This document shows, piece by piece, positions 25,681-37,029 of a stretch of DNA of 51,021 bases. The notes under the pieces were generated by a model, which searched no databases, was not told the DNA's origin, and saw only the letters and a program-made list of their open reading frames with translations. The position numbers and the translations under genes were made by a program. Source of the stretch: Octopus bimaculoides (taxonomy: Eukaryota); the NCBI RefSeq assembly GCF_001194135.2, contig NC_068999.1:28927342-28978362 (forward strand), read 5' to 3'. Each line of letters begins with the position of its first letter. Position 1 is the first letter of the stretch.

Positions 25681-26879
25681 TTGGGTCAACCCATAAATAA
25701 TATTGTTTTTCAATTGCATGAACTAAAAGTTGAAGGGGAACAGGATAAACTACTTGCAACAACTTGCTATAAAAGCATATTCTTAGTGCAAGTTTTGAAG
25801 AGTGCAGTTTGATTTTAACAGCTATTTTTTTCAAAGCTATAATGCAAGTGACAAAGGGAGCATATTTGGCATATTTTGCTTTACGAGTTCAATAAAGACA
25901 ACAACGCAACAGAAAGTGCAAAGAATATTAATGCAGTATATGCAGATTGAACAATAACCATAAGCCAATATTAACAGTGGTTCCAGAAATTCCGGGCTGG
26001 AAACTACAGCTGAGAAGACGAGCCTCATCATGGAAGATCTGTAGAGCTCAATGAGGACGTCCTGCAAACCCTAGTGGAACAAATTCCCATCATAACTGTT
26101 GAGAAACTAAGAGAGAAGCTTGGAGTTGGTCATTCAACCATTCATCAACACCTGCGTGCCATCGGAAAAGTCAGAAAATTGGGTCAATGGGTGCTCTTCT
26201 TTGCTGTCATGTCTCACCAGTTAACCTTTTTTGGACCAAATAGTGATGAGAAATGGGTTCTCTATAAAAATATCAAGCACTGAAGACAGTGAGTAGGGAA
26301 AGGAGAGACACTGGCACCTCAGGCTAAAGAAGGTCTTCACTCACGTAATGGTGGGATATGAAAGGTTTAGTCCATTTTGAACTTTTAAACTCAAACTAAA
26401 TGATAACAAAGGAGATCTACTGCAAGCAGCTTGAACAGCTTAAGTCAGCACTAGAAGAAAAATGACCTTCTTTGGTTTCAAGAGGAAAGATGTTCTTCCA
26501 TCAGGATAATGCTCAGCCACATATAGCAAGGATGACATTCCAAAGGCTGGAGCAGTTTGAATGGGAACTGATTCCCCTACCCACAATATTTGCCAGACAT
26601 TGCCCCATCTGATTATCATTTATTCTGCAGTCTTCAAAATCATTTGGATGGAAAAAATATGAATTCTGTAGAGGAGGTCAGAACAGTACTGGAGTATTAT
26701 TTTTTTGTCACAGACAAGTGAATTTTGAAAGAGGGCCTTGCAAGTCTACCAGATAGCTGGAAGAGCATTGTAGAAAATGAAGGAGAGTATATTTTAGATT
26801 AAAAAAGAACTTTCTTTATCTTAATTTTGAAAAATAAAAGAAGTATAAAAAAAAACACATTATTTATTGGATGACCCAA
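25681..26879 (+). mobile_element. Decayed mariner (DD34D type) with TIRs
   Basis: TIR ttgggtcaacccataaataat / attatttattggatgacccaa-TA; fragments HILLYEFNK, KLGQWV and PDIAPSDYHLF; many stops. Confidence 0.88.
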
Positions 26880-27127
26880 TACTATATGTGAACATATAGG
26901 TGCAGAAAAAGGTAGAGAAAATAGTATCTGATCATCAAAGTTGAGATAAAATAGTGTTTTGTGAAGCTGAAAAATTGTTACTCCAAGATCCATGTAACTG
27001 ATCATCAGACAGAAGTGACCTTTGGAGTAATACAATAATTGTAAATAAATCAAATTCATCACCTCATGATTGTAAGCCCAATGCTCAAAACATTGAGACA
27101 TATGCCTTCACTATATATATATAAACA

Positions 27128-27500
27128 CAGGCAAGGCTGTATGGTACGAGGCTTGGTTCTCAACTACATGGTTCCAATTTCAGTCCCACCGTGTGGCATC
27201 TTGGGCAAGTGTCTTCTACTACAGCCTCAGGTTAACTAAAGCCTTGTGAGAGGATTTTATGGACAGAAAGTGAAAGAAGCCTGGCATGTATGTGCATGTC
27301 TGTGTTTGTCCCTTGCCACTGCTTGACAACCAGTGTTGGTGTGTTTATGTCCCCATAACTTGGTGGCTTGGCAAAAGAGACTGATAGAATAAGAGCCAGG
27401 CTTTAAAAAGACAAAAGTACTAAGGTCAATTCATTCAGCTAAAAATTCTTCAAGGTGGTGTCCCAGCGTAGCTGCAGTGTAATGACAAACAAGTAAAAGA
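27128..27500 (+). mobile_element. tRNA-derived SINE, near full length
   Basis: tRNA-like head (ggctgtatggt..ttcagtccc), cttgggcaagtgtcttctact core and the shared 3' half. Confidence 0.8.
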
Positions 27501-27520
27501 TATACTGTCAACTTGTTTTG

Positions 27521-27728
27521 CCTACCTTTTGCATTCAAATTACTCTGTCAAACAAATTGTTTTGAAATAAGCATGCATTATCTCATAGGTTTTAGATTTC
27601 AATGATGTGATAGTCTATTTTTAGACTGGCATTGTAAGATAGGTGTGAAAGGCAGTATCTGGCCAGTTTAAATATAAACTGGAGAATATTTGGGCCTGAT
27701 ATGGTCAATTTAAATGCTAATGGGTTAA
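27521..27728 (+). mobile_element. piggyBac-like MITE, left end decayed
   Basis: Interior matches 12623-12848; ends atgctaatgggttaa. Confidence 0.6.
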
Positions 27729-28118
27729 ACTCCAAAACAGTTCTTGCTTGGAATTTTTCTTTAACAACAGATATTACTATTTTCTTAAACCAATGAAGAG
27801 TATTTAGTTTTATTCAATTTTGACAGGTTTTAATGCTTATATTAGTTTTTGTAAACAGTCACTTGCAATTTCCCAATAGATTCTATTAATTTTGAAATGT
27901 TGCAATCTCTGCCCAATCACAATCAGCTTTAAATGTTTATTTGACAATTTACCAACTTAGGTTCCCTGCATCATAAAAACCACCCATTGTACTGTACTAA
28001 AAGTTCACTTTGAAGTTTTCAGCTTCATTAAAATACTAAATACACATTTAATACTACATATTTGTATAGACAAATAATAATTAGCACATTCAACTTAAAT
28101 TAGATGTGTTGTTTAGAT

Positions 28119-28355
28119 CAGTGCTACTCAAAGTGGTGGTCTGCAGCAAGTTTCCAGAAAAGAAAGAAACATTATAAAATGCTTATGTAGCATTGTATTA
28201 TTTGTTCCGAAATAAATATAAGATAAAAAAAAATTGTCAACTTTTATTATATTCATTATATATATTGTTTCCAGTATAAATTAATATTACCGGTCCCTGG
28301 CACATTGGAAAAAATAACTGCTGATACACCACATCACATAGTTTGAGAAGCACTG
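28119..28355. mobile_element. hAT (Charlie-like) MITE with a perfect 8-bp TSD
   Basis: TIR cagtgctactcaaa / tttgagaagcactg; TSD gtttagat at 28111-28118 and 28356-28363. Confidence 0.9.
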
Positions 28356-28884
28356 GTTTAGATCACCTTGAACTGCTGGTAATGTCCAAAGATGCTATCT
28401 CATGCTGACCGTCATCTGGTCACACTGCTTGCATAGATTTCTATGACTCTCTTTCACCATTCAATTCTATTGTTTATCATATTTGACAAGTCAGAGGGAT
28501 TGCAGTTTATGTCATCATAAATCTGCTTGATATCAGTTTTGGCTAAGGGGCTTCAGCTCCAGATTTTTTCCCCTGAGTCTACTTCTGAAACCCTTTCCCA
28601 GGGTGGGTACTGCCACAAGATAGCAAAAGTTTAAAACCAGAATTTGTCTTCTCTTAGACAAACTGCCTTCCTATGCTGCAGAATTCCATCTACCCAAGCA
28701 CTGGTTTTAAGGCACCAGATTGAGCCTTTACCTCTTCTTCTGTCAGTACAAACAGTTCCTCCAAATTAAAAGGTTAAGTGACATGAGAAAGCCAAGAGTT
28801 GGACTTGATTGTCAGAGATTGTTTGAAATAGCATGAAAAGCATATCTAAGCAGCGGTAGCTTATTCTTACAAACACTCCTTAAA

Positions 28885-29760
28885 TTGTGTATACACATGC
28901 TACCTATCTCTATATGCATAAATGTACACACATACGCACACACAAATGTGTTGCCAACCTTAAGAGTTCCTGTTAGGAAGAGCATCAAACAAGGTGACAC
29001 TATCTCTTCAATGCTCTTCACTGTATCTCTTGAAATGATATTCAGAGACACTAACTGGAAAAGTAATATAAAAAATGGCAAGGTACTAGCATCCCACTGA
29101 TTTGCAGATGACATCATGCTCTCCACAGAAATCTCATGCTGAGATATGAATGTCAAGTAAGAGTGGGAGGGTGTTTGCCTCAAAGATATGCTTAACCCCT
29201 TCGTTACTATATTTATTTTGAGATGCTCTGGTTTCTTTCAATTATTTTAAATATAACAAAGTATTTAGTAAAATAACTTTGTTATCATTAAGCTAGTGTT
29301 AGGAACTTAAATTGTGACTATGGTTAGGTGGAATATTTCAATTCAAAACTTATGAAAACAAGACATTTGTACTACAGGGCCATAGCTAGTTTTGGCCGGG
29401 TTGATAACGAAAGGGTTAAAGTAGAACTGGACAAGATCTTGTATGTCAACCTCCTCAATGGTACTGTAATGCCTGCACTCATATGCATGACATGGGATAC
29501 TACAAAGAAGGAAAACATTAACTGGTTATGACACAAGAGAGTCATGGAAAGATCCATACAAGGAATGTCATTGTAGGAGCATGCTCAAAATGAAGTAATT
29601 TGAGAAGAAAGTGGAGGGAATGATGTGATCATGAAATCCCAAAAGAACAAATTCTGTTGGGTTCACAAACAATAAGTGGGCTTGTGCAGTTGTAACATAG
29701 TATGCAAGAAATCAAAAGAGGTCACCAAAATGATGGGAAGATGACAGTCAAACAATCTAG
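28885..29760 (+). mobile_element. Decayed RTE-1-like LINE fragment of a different family, split by a MITE
   Basis: RKSIKQGDTISSMLF followed by an FADD-like motif; the reading KDML/KVELDKIL is rejoined across the MITE. Confidence 0.75.
29196..29415. mobile_element. piggyBac-like MITE with TTAA TSD
   Basis: ttaa|ccccttcgtta..taacgaaaggg|ttaa; removing it restores the host LINE sequence. Confidence 0.88.
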
Positions 29761-30089
29761 ACCTAAATAGAAGAACATTGTGACCAGCAATGTATAGGGA
29801 CATCTGATAGTCTGACAGAAAATATATTTGTAACACACACATATATACTTACATACTACATCTTTATATTATAGACATATCCATGAGAAAGAATGAGATA
29901 GAAGAAGAGTGACTGATACAAAGAAAGAGAAAAACATAAGGAGAGGAGGTGAAATTTTTGAGAGGGCGACAACTTTGGTAAACAAATGACAATATCATTT
30001 TTGACAATTATGTAATATTATTTGGTTATTGTAAACAAATTCATTAAATTTGGGCATTTATTTTAACAGAACTGCATGTGTATGTATCC

Positions 30090-31075
30090 ATACATACTCT
30101 CCGTGCTGGTATGAGTCAGACAGTTTGACTGGAACCGGTAAGCTAGAGGGCTGCACAGGTTCTAGTTTGATTTGGCATTGTTTCTATAGCAGGATGCCCT
30201 TCCTAACACCAACCACTCATAGAGTGTAATGGGTTCTTTTTACGTGCCACCAGCACAGGTGCCATTTACACAATACCAGCAACAGACATGACTATGATTT
30301 CAGGGGTGCCATTTACATGACACTAGCAATGGCCATGACTACCATTCACTTGGCTTCACAAGTCTTCTCAAGGTCTTGGTCACTTGTCATCACCTACATT
30401 AGGACCAGTATTCAAAGATCGTGCTTCACCACCTTATCCCATGTCTTCCTAGGTCTACTTCCACAGGTTCCCTCCACTGTTAGAGATCAGCACTTCTTCA
30501 CACAGCTGTCCTTGTCCATACGCATCACATGACCATAGCAGTGCAGTCATCTCTCTTGCACACTACATTTGATGCCTCTTATGCCCAGTTTTTCCCTCAA
30601 GACACTTACACTTTGTCGTACATGCACAGTGATATTGTACATCCAGTGAAGCATACTGGTTTCATTTCTTTCAAACTTTTCCCATGTCCTCTGTGACCTG
30701 TTTGCACACAGGCATCATAGTCTGCTTTTCATTCTGAGGGAAAGGCCCTTTGTTACCAACAGAGGTAGATGTTCTCTGAACTTCGCCCAGCCTCTTCTTA
30801 GTCTAGCAGCTATGCTCTCAGAGCATCCACTCCACAGCTGACTTGGTCACCTAAATAAAGGAAGCTATCAGCTACCTCTAGCATTTGATGGGGTTTATTT
30901 TCTGTACATTTCTAGTGTTTATTGTACCTGTACATCTGCCACACACAAAGACCATCTTCCCTCTTAACCTTCCTCTGATATTGCTACATCTCTTATGTGT
31001 CCATAGCTTGCACTGGGTACATCTTATGGAATTTCTACCTACACCTTTACAGATCAAGCAGGGCCATCAACCTGA
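30090..31075 (-). mobile_element. RTE LINE 3' fragment
   Basis: Cys/His finger, DSFLYLGDQVSCG and the 3' tail motif ggatgcccttcctaacaccaacc. Confidence 0.85.
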
Positions 31076-31269
31076 AGGGATTTATGATTTGTCTGAAAAT
31101 GTAAGACTTTATGAATGTTGTCCTTTTTTCAAAGTGTTCTATGTACATGTTATGTGTATGTGTGTGCATGTATGTAGGTGGACGCTGTTATCCGGGGTAT
31201 GGCTACTGTTGCATGCAGGTGAGATCTGAGAGTTAGGAGAGGATCAAAGAGGACAAACTACTCCAAAGG

Positions 31270-32400
31270 GCTCACATGCTCTCCCTACTATCAGCAGTAC
31301 TGCTGTATCCAGATACCTCATGTACCCAGTTACTAACTCAGTCAAGCAGGGCCATGTACTTGCACCTACACTGTTCAGCATGATGATGACAAAACCAGCA
31401 TTAAGATCAGATTCTGGACTGATGGCAGAGGACACAGTTTATGACTTTCTGTTCAAAGGCAACTGCACTCAACACTGCCACAGAGGCCCAGATGCATCAG
31501 AACATGAACTTTTCTACTGCTTGTAACAAATTTTGGCTGCACAATCTGTACTCAGAAGACAGAGGTCATGTACCAATCCAGCCCTGCAGAAGCTGTGTAT
31601 GGATCCAGATATCACTGTTGAAAGGGAAACCCTGAAGGTTGTTCATAAGTTCAAGTACCTCAGCAGCACACTTTCCAAGATTGTGAACATTGATGAAGTT
31701 GACACACGCATTGCCAAGGGAAGCTCAGCATTTGAGTGGCTATGTGAGTCAGTGAGGGAGAAGAGAGGCATTAGGCTGGCCACCAAGTTGAAGGTGTACC
31801 AAGCGGTTGTATGGTCTATGCTATTGCTTGTGAGACTTTCACAGTTTAAGAACGCCATGCCAAAAAGCTAAACTGCTTCCACATAAATTGCCTAAGAAAG
31901 CTGTTAAAAACAACCAGGCAAGAAAAGGTTCCAGACAAGGCTCAAGCTGATCTGCCAAGCATCTACACCACTGCTGAAGAAAATTCAAATCAGGTGGGCA
32001 GACCACCTTGTTTGAATGCCAGACACATGACTACTCAAGAGACAGTTTTATAGTGAATTGGCAGAAGGCAAACACACACAAGTAGACAGAAAGTGCTTCA
32101 AGGTTACAAGGTTACACCCAAAGCCTCACTGAAGAGCTTTGAGACCTGGGAAACACAAACAAGACCACCCTGCCTGGCAAATCTGCACCAGCAGAAGTAC
32201 CACCTCCTACAAACAGAACAGGATTGCAGGGGTACAAATATAGCATGAACTGCGCAAGTCTAGAGCCAACTCCTCACCTTCAGTCCCAGACATGTGGCAG
32301 AGCCTTCCAAGCATGCATAAAACTGATCAGTCACAGCTGGACACACTGTGACCTGTCGTCTTCTCTTATGTAATGTCCTTGGTCATGACAGATGAACTAA
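31270..32400 (+). mobile_element. Decayed RTE/BovB-like LINE 3' part
   Basis: VKQGHVLAPTLFS and VVHKFKYLSSTLS..DTRIAKGSSAF..KLKVYQAVV. Confidence 0.8.
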
Positions 32401-32937
32401 TAATGACGTATGCATGTGAAAGTGTGTCAACATTATGAATGACTTGTATTTGTCTCTAAAAGCTGCATGTATGTCTTTTGTGTATGTTCTCTGTGTGTTA
32501 GTACAATAACAAACAAAATTTTTCAGTTTAGAAGCTTCCATGGGTCAGATTTGCTTGAAATCTTTTCAGGTACAAAAACTTATATCCAAGAGTACATAGG
32601 AAAAAAACATATTATATCTACAATGTCTAAAATTAAGAAACACACATACAGCATTTGAATTTTAGTGTTATATAGATTGTTTCTACCAATGGACAGACTC
32701 TTGTGGCACACCATGCACAAATTAGCAAGTTTTTGTTTCTTTGCTTTACTTTTTTTTGTAATGCATAAACTTGAAAGATAACTCTAAATTTTCATATTAT
32801 TAAGATAAAATTATAAACAAATGTGATAGATACTTGATACCTTATCCTTTTTAACACTGCTTAAAAATGTTAATATTGAAGTAAACATATTGTTTGGAAA
32901 AAAAATATAACTTTAAAATTTAGGTTGTAACAATTTA

Positions 32938-34226
32938 CGAGGGGTGTCTGAAAAGTTTTGAGCCTAACCTAGAAACAGGACTGCTAGATAGCTGAAACAA
33001 TTTTTTCTGGTAAGTACAGTCTTTTCAGAGTATTCTTGCTCATTTTCATGATTCTGATATTTAAATTTTTTTTGTTGCAGATTTTGAATAAACAAGTGTC
33101 GAAGTTACAAGGAAAATGGAGAAAACTGAGTATCGTGCTGTCATGAAGTACCTTCATTTGAAAGGCATGACTCCATCAGAAATCCATGAAGATATGGTGA
33201 GAACCTTAACAGACAATGCTCCTTCATATGCAACAATCAAACACTGGGTAAATGAATTCCAGCGTGGCAGGGAGAGTGTGGAATATGATCCAAGACCAGA
33301 GAGACATTCAACTGCAACCACCAAGGATAACCATGACCTTGCTCTTGGTATGATAATGCAAGATCGCCAAATATCATATTGTCAGATAGCTGAGAGACTG
33401 GGCATTTCAACTGAAAGGGCAGACAACATTGTGACAAAAGAACTTGGGTTCTCAAAGGTTTCTGTAAAGTGGGTCCCTCACCTTCTGACTTCTGAACAGA
33501 AGCGTACTAGGTGCACTTTGTCCACGAGCAATCTGGAACTGTTTGAAGTCGATGAAGAGAATTTTCTTGCTCATTTCATTACTATAGACAAAAGTTGGGT
33601 TCATCACTACCAGCCTGAAACCAAAGAACAATTAAAGCAGTGGAAGCACACATCTCCTTCCTCAAAGAAGGCCAGGGTCATTCCTTCAGCTGGCAAGGTC
33701 ATGGCGTCATTTTTTTAGGATTCACAAGATGTCTTGCTGATCGATTACCTTGAAAAGGGTCACACCGTGACAGGGCTGTATTATTCTCAGCTACTGAAAC
33801 GCCTCCGAGAAGCAATCAAAGAAAAGAGGCCGGGAATGCTCACCAGAGGAGTCCTTTTTCATCACGACAATGCTCCAGCCCACACCTCAGTGGTTGCCAT
33901 GGCAACAATTCGTGATTGTGGATATGAACTTGTTCCCCATCCGCCTTACTCGCCAGACTTAGCCCCCTCTGACTTTCATCTATTCCCAAAAATGAAAAAA
34001 GCCCTGGCTGGTCGCCATTTTGCCAGTGACAATGACGTCATAGACGCTGTAGGAAGTTTCTTGGAGTCTCAAACAAAAAAGTTCCTCTACGCCGGAATAA
34101 TGGCACTTCAGCACCGCTGGACAAAGTGTTCAGCCATTAAGGGGGACTATGTTGAAAAATAAATCATCAGAAGTCTTGTACTATGTTTTGTTTTTTTGAA
34201 GCTCAAGACTTTTCATACACCCCTCG
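32938..34226 (+). mobile_element. Near-intact mariner (irritans-like, DD34D); transposase frame 33116-34162 with one in-frame TAG at 33716-33718
   Basis: TA-flanked TIRs cgaggggtgtctgaaaagttttgagc / gctcaagacttttcatacacccctcg; motifs WVPHLL, TIDKSW, HHDNAPAH and YSPDLAPSD; 34 residues counted between the 2nd and 3rd Asp. Confidence 0.96.
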
Positions 34227-34580
34227 TAAGAATAAAAAATTTGTAGCAATTATATTTCTGATTTATGAAATAAACCATCTTATATACAAAATTCAAATAC
34301 TAAGCACAAGAATATTTTGAAATTCCTTACATTTTGTCATAAATAGCTATCTGCATCAAATCCTGATCATATCTGTTTAGGGCAGCTAGTAATGAATGCC
34401 AGTATATGACAAAATGCAAAAAGAAAGAAAAAGTGGCTAGCATTGAACTTAGATAAGCAGTTGACAACTGTTCCAAGAAGACATGCAAGTTATTTATGCA
34501 CTTGTGGTATTATGGAAATAAATTAGAAGCCAACTTCTTTTAAACGAAGGGCAAAACCATCATAAAGTAAATTGACTTAC

Positions 34581-34629
34581 CATCAGTTTTATTATTTTTT
34601 AACATGTGCACAACACCAGAATTTTCCAT
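34581..34629 (-). CDS. CUL3: Cullin-3 small coding exon: MENSGVVHMLKNNKTD(G)
   Basis: 49 nt, phase 0-1; acceptor tttttaag, donor gtaagt; fills the gap between neighbouring exons exactly. Confidence 0.95.
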
Positions 34630-35362
34630 CTTAAAAATATAAATCAATTTAAAATCAATAAATCTTGGAAATAGAAATCTTGTAAAATATTAAGTATTTA
34701 AATATTTTCATACTTTATTTTACTATAACCCTTAGGTATCATTGAAATTTTCTTACCTGTTATAACAAGCAGTTTTCTCTTACAAATAATTCCTAGCAAT
34801 TTTGATAATATTAATGTAGATCATTAAATTTCAAATTATAGCTTAGACATACAGTATCAGAAAATGTTTGGTCTCTGCTTTCATAAATAAATAGTATATA
34901 ATGAATTAGGCTTTTGTGTATAGAAAATCTGCATGGCTTTAGTCACTCTTTATGAGCTTAAACTAAAATAGTCATATTTTTTGTATTTACATGTTGGGCA
35001 CACATTTTAATTTACCTCAATAAAAACTTCTAATACTGCTTTTGCTATTTTTATGCTATTAAATTTTTTTTTTTTTCCCATATTAAAATGTATTTTTTCT
35101 ATGTTTCACATCCTAATCCATTCTAGCAACCAAAAATATGATTTATCAATTTTGATATCGTGTAGTTTTTGTCATCGTTATTTAAAATCACACTTCTGTT
35201 GCTAGCATAAATTGGCCAACTGTGCTCTACTACAGGTTCTCATTACTTACTGTAATTAAAGCCAAATAACATTTAGAAAAATTTGACACATATTAGGAAA
35301 TATTAAAAATGCATGTAAAACAATGTAGTTTGTAAAATTATATAGAATAATAATCAACTTAC

Positions 35363-35410
35363 CTCTACAATTGTCTTCATGTGTTTTCTTATAAGTTCTT
35401 CTTCAAGTAC
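35363..35410 (-). CDS. CUL3: Cullin-3 small coding exon: VLEEELIRKHMKTIVE
   Basis: 48 nt, phase 0-0; acceptor ttgaaattag, donor gtaagt. Confidence 0.95.
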
Positions 35411-36011
35411 CTAATTTCAAAAGTAAAATTAATAATAATATGAAATAATATTGTAACTAACTTGAATAAAATTCATTACAACTTCAACATGTACAATAGC
35501 AATTTTAAAATAACCAGCAACATGTTAAGTTATAACAATCCATCTAAGTCAGTGAGGTGTGCATGGAAGAAATTCCAGGAAATAAGAAGCATACTAATGA
35601 AAGGGAGTGGTGCAGAAATGGAAAGGTGTATGCTGCATGTGTGAGTAGTGTTAGAATTTATGGAAGTGAAACATGGGTAGTGAATATTACCCGAGAAGGC
35701 TGGAAAGAATGGTTCAGTGAATGAGTGGAGTATCAGAGAGAGGGAATAACTACAATAAATTTGCACGATGATGCACAGGATGTTGGCAACAGAGCAAGTG
35801 ATAGAGGTTAAGAGAAATGTGACATGTTTTGAAGAGGTGTTTGGGTCATGTGCTGAAGGATGATGGAAATTAATGTGAAAGTAGAAAGGAAAATTAAGAG
35901 AGACAGTGAAGATAAATGCACTTGGTATTTTGTGCATCTCTCTCTCCCTCTCTTTTTATTTGTTTTATTTATTCTTCTGAGGTGCATGGCTTAGTGGTTA
36001 GGGTGCTAGGC

Positions 36012-36255
36012 TCATTCTTTTACTTGTTTCAGTCATTTGACTGTGGCCATGCTGGGGCACCGCCTTTAGTTAAGCAAATCAATCCCAGGACTTATTCTTT
36101 GTAAGCCTAGTACTTATTCTATCAGTCTGTTTTGCCGGACCGCTAAGTTAGAGGGTTGTAAACATGCCAACATTGGTTGTTAAGCGATGGTGGGGGAACA
36201 AACACAAACATATACGCATATATATACAACAGGCTTCTTTCAGTTTCCGTCTAAT
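36012..36255 (-). mobile_element. SINE 3' half
   Basis: Reverse complement of 50390-50665. Confidence 0.8.
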
Positions 36256-36289
36256 GTATATGTGTGGATATAAATCGAAATCAAACTAA

Positions 36290-36761
36290 ATCTGTAGACT
36301 GGCACCCATGCCAACGTCTCTTCATTGAACATTAAACTCGGCTTGCGAAGGCCTGTTGGGACAAGCGAAAGCGAAATCGTGATGGCACCTGTACCAGTAA
36401 ATCACTAAGAGCACCGTCCGAGCGTGATCGTTGCGAGAGCACCAACTGTCTGGCTTCCATGCCGGAGGCACGTAAATAGCACCATTCAAGCATGACCGTT
36501 ACCAACGTCGCCTTCCTGGCACTTGAAAAGTGGCACGTGAAATACACCATTTCGAGCATGGCTGTTGCTAGTACCTCCTAACTGGCTTTCGTGCCAGTGG
36601 CACGTAAAAGCACCCACTACACTCTCGGAGCGGTTGGCATTAGGAAGGGCATCCAGCTGTAGAAACTCTGCCAAATCAGATTGGAGCCTGGTGTAGCCAT
36701 CTGGTTCACCAGTCCTCAGTCAAATTGTCCAACCCATGCTAGCATGGAAAGCGGACGTTAA

Positions 36762-36822
<61 letters not shown>
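36290..36822 (+). mobile_element. RTE 3' UTR-only copy with an expanded (GAT)n tail at about 36763-36822
   Basis: Matches 16020-16530; the tail explains the poly-H and poly-I ORFs. Confidence 0.9.
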
Positions 36823-37029
36823 CAGGCTGAAGGTAATAGAAGAAATGAAAACAAAGGAGTTGAGGAATGTAATGGGTGAGGAAAAAAGTGGAAAAGAATG
36901 CCATGAGGCCACAAAGCTGGTATAACAGCAAAAACACTTGTTGTTTATAACACAAACTTTTGATTTAATATTGATATTTCAAAATGGATTTAAACTCTGT
37001 AACAAAAAAAAAAAAAAAAAAAGGACTTA

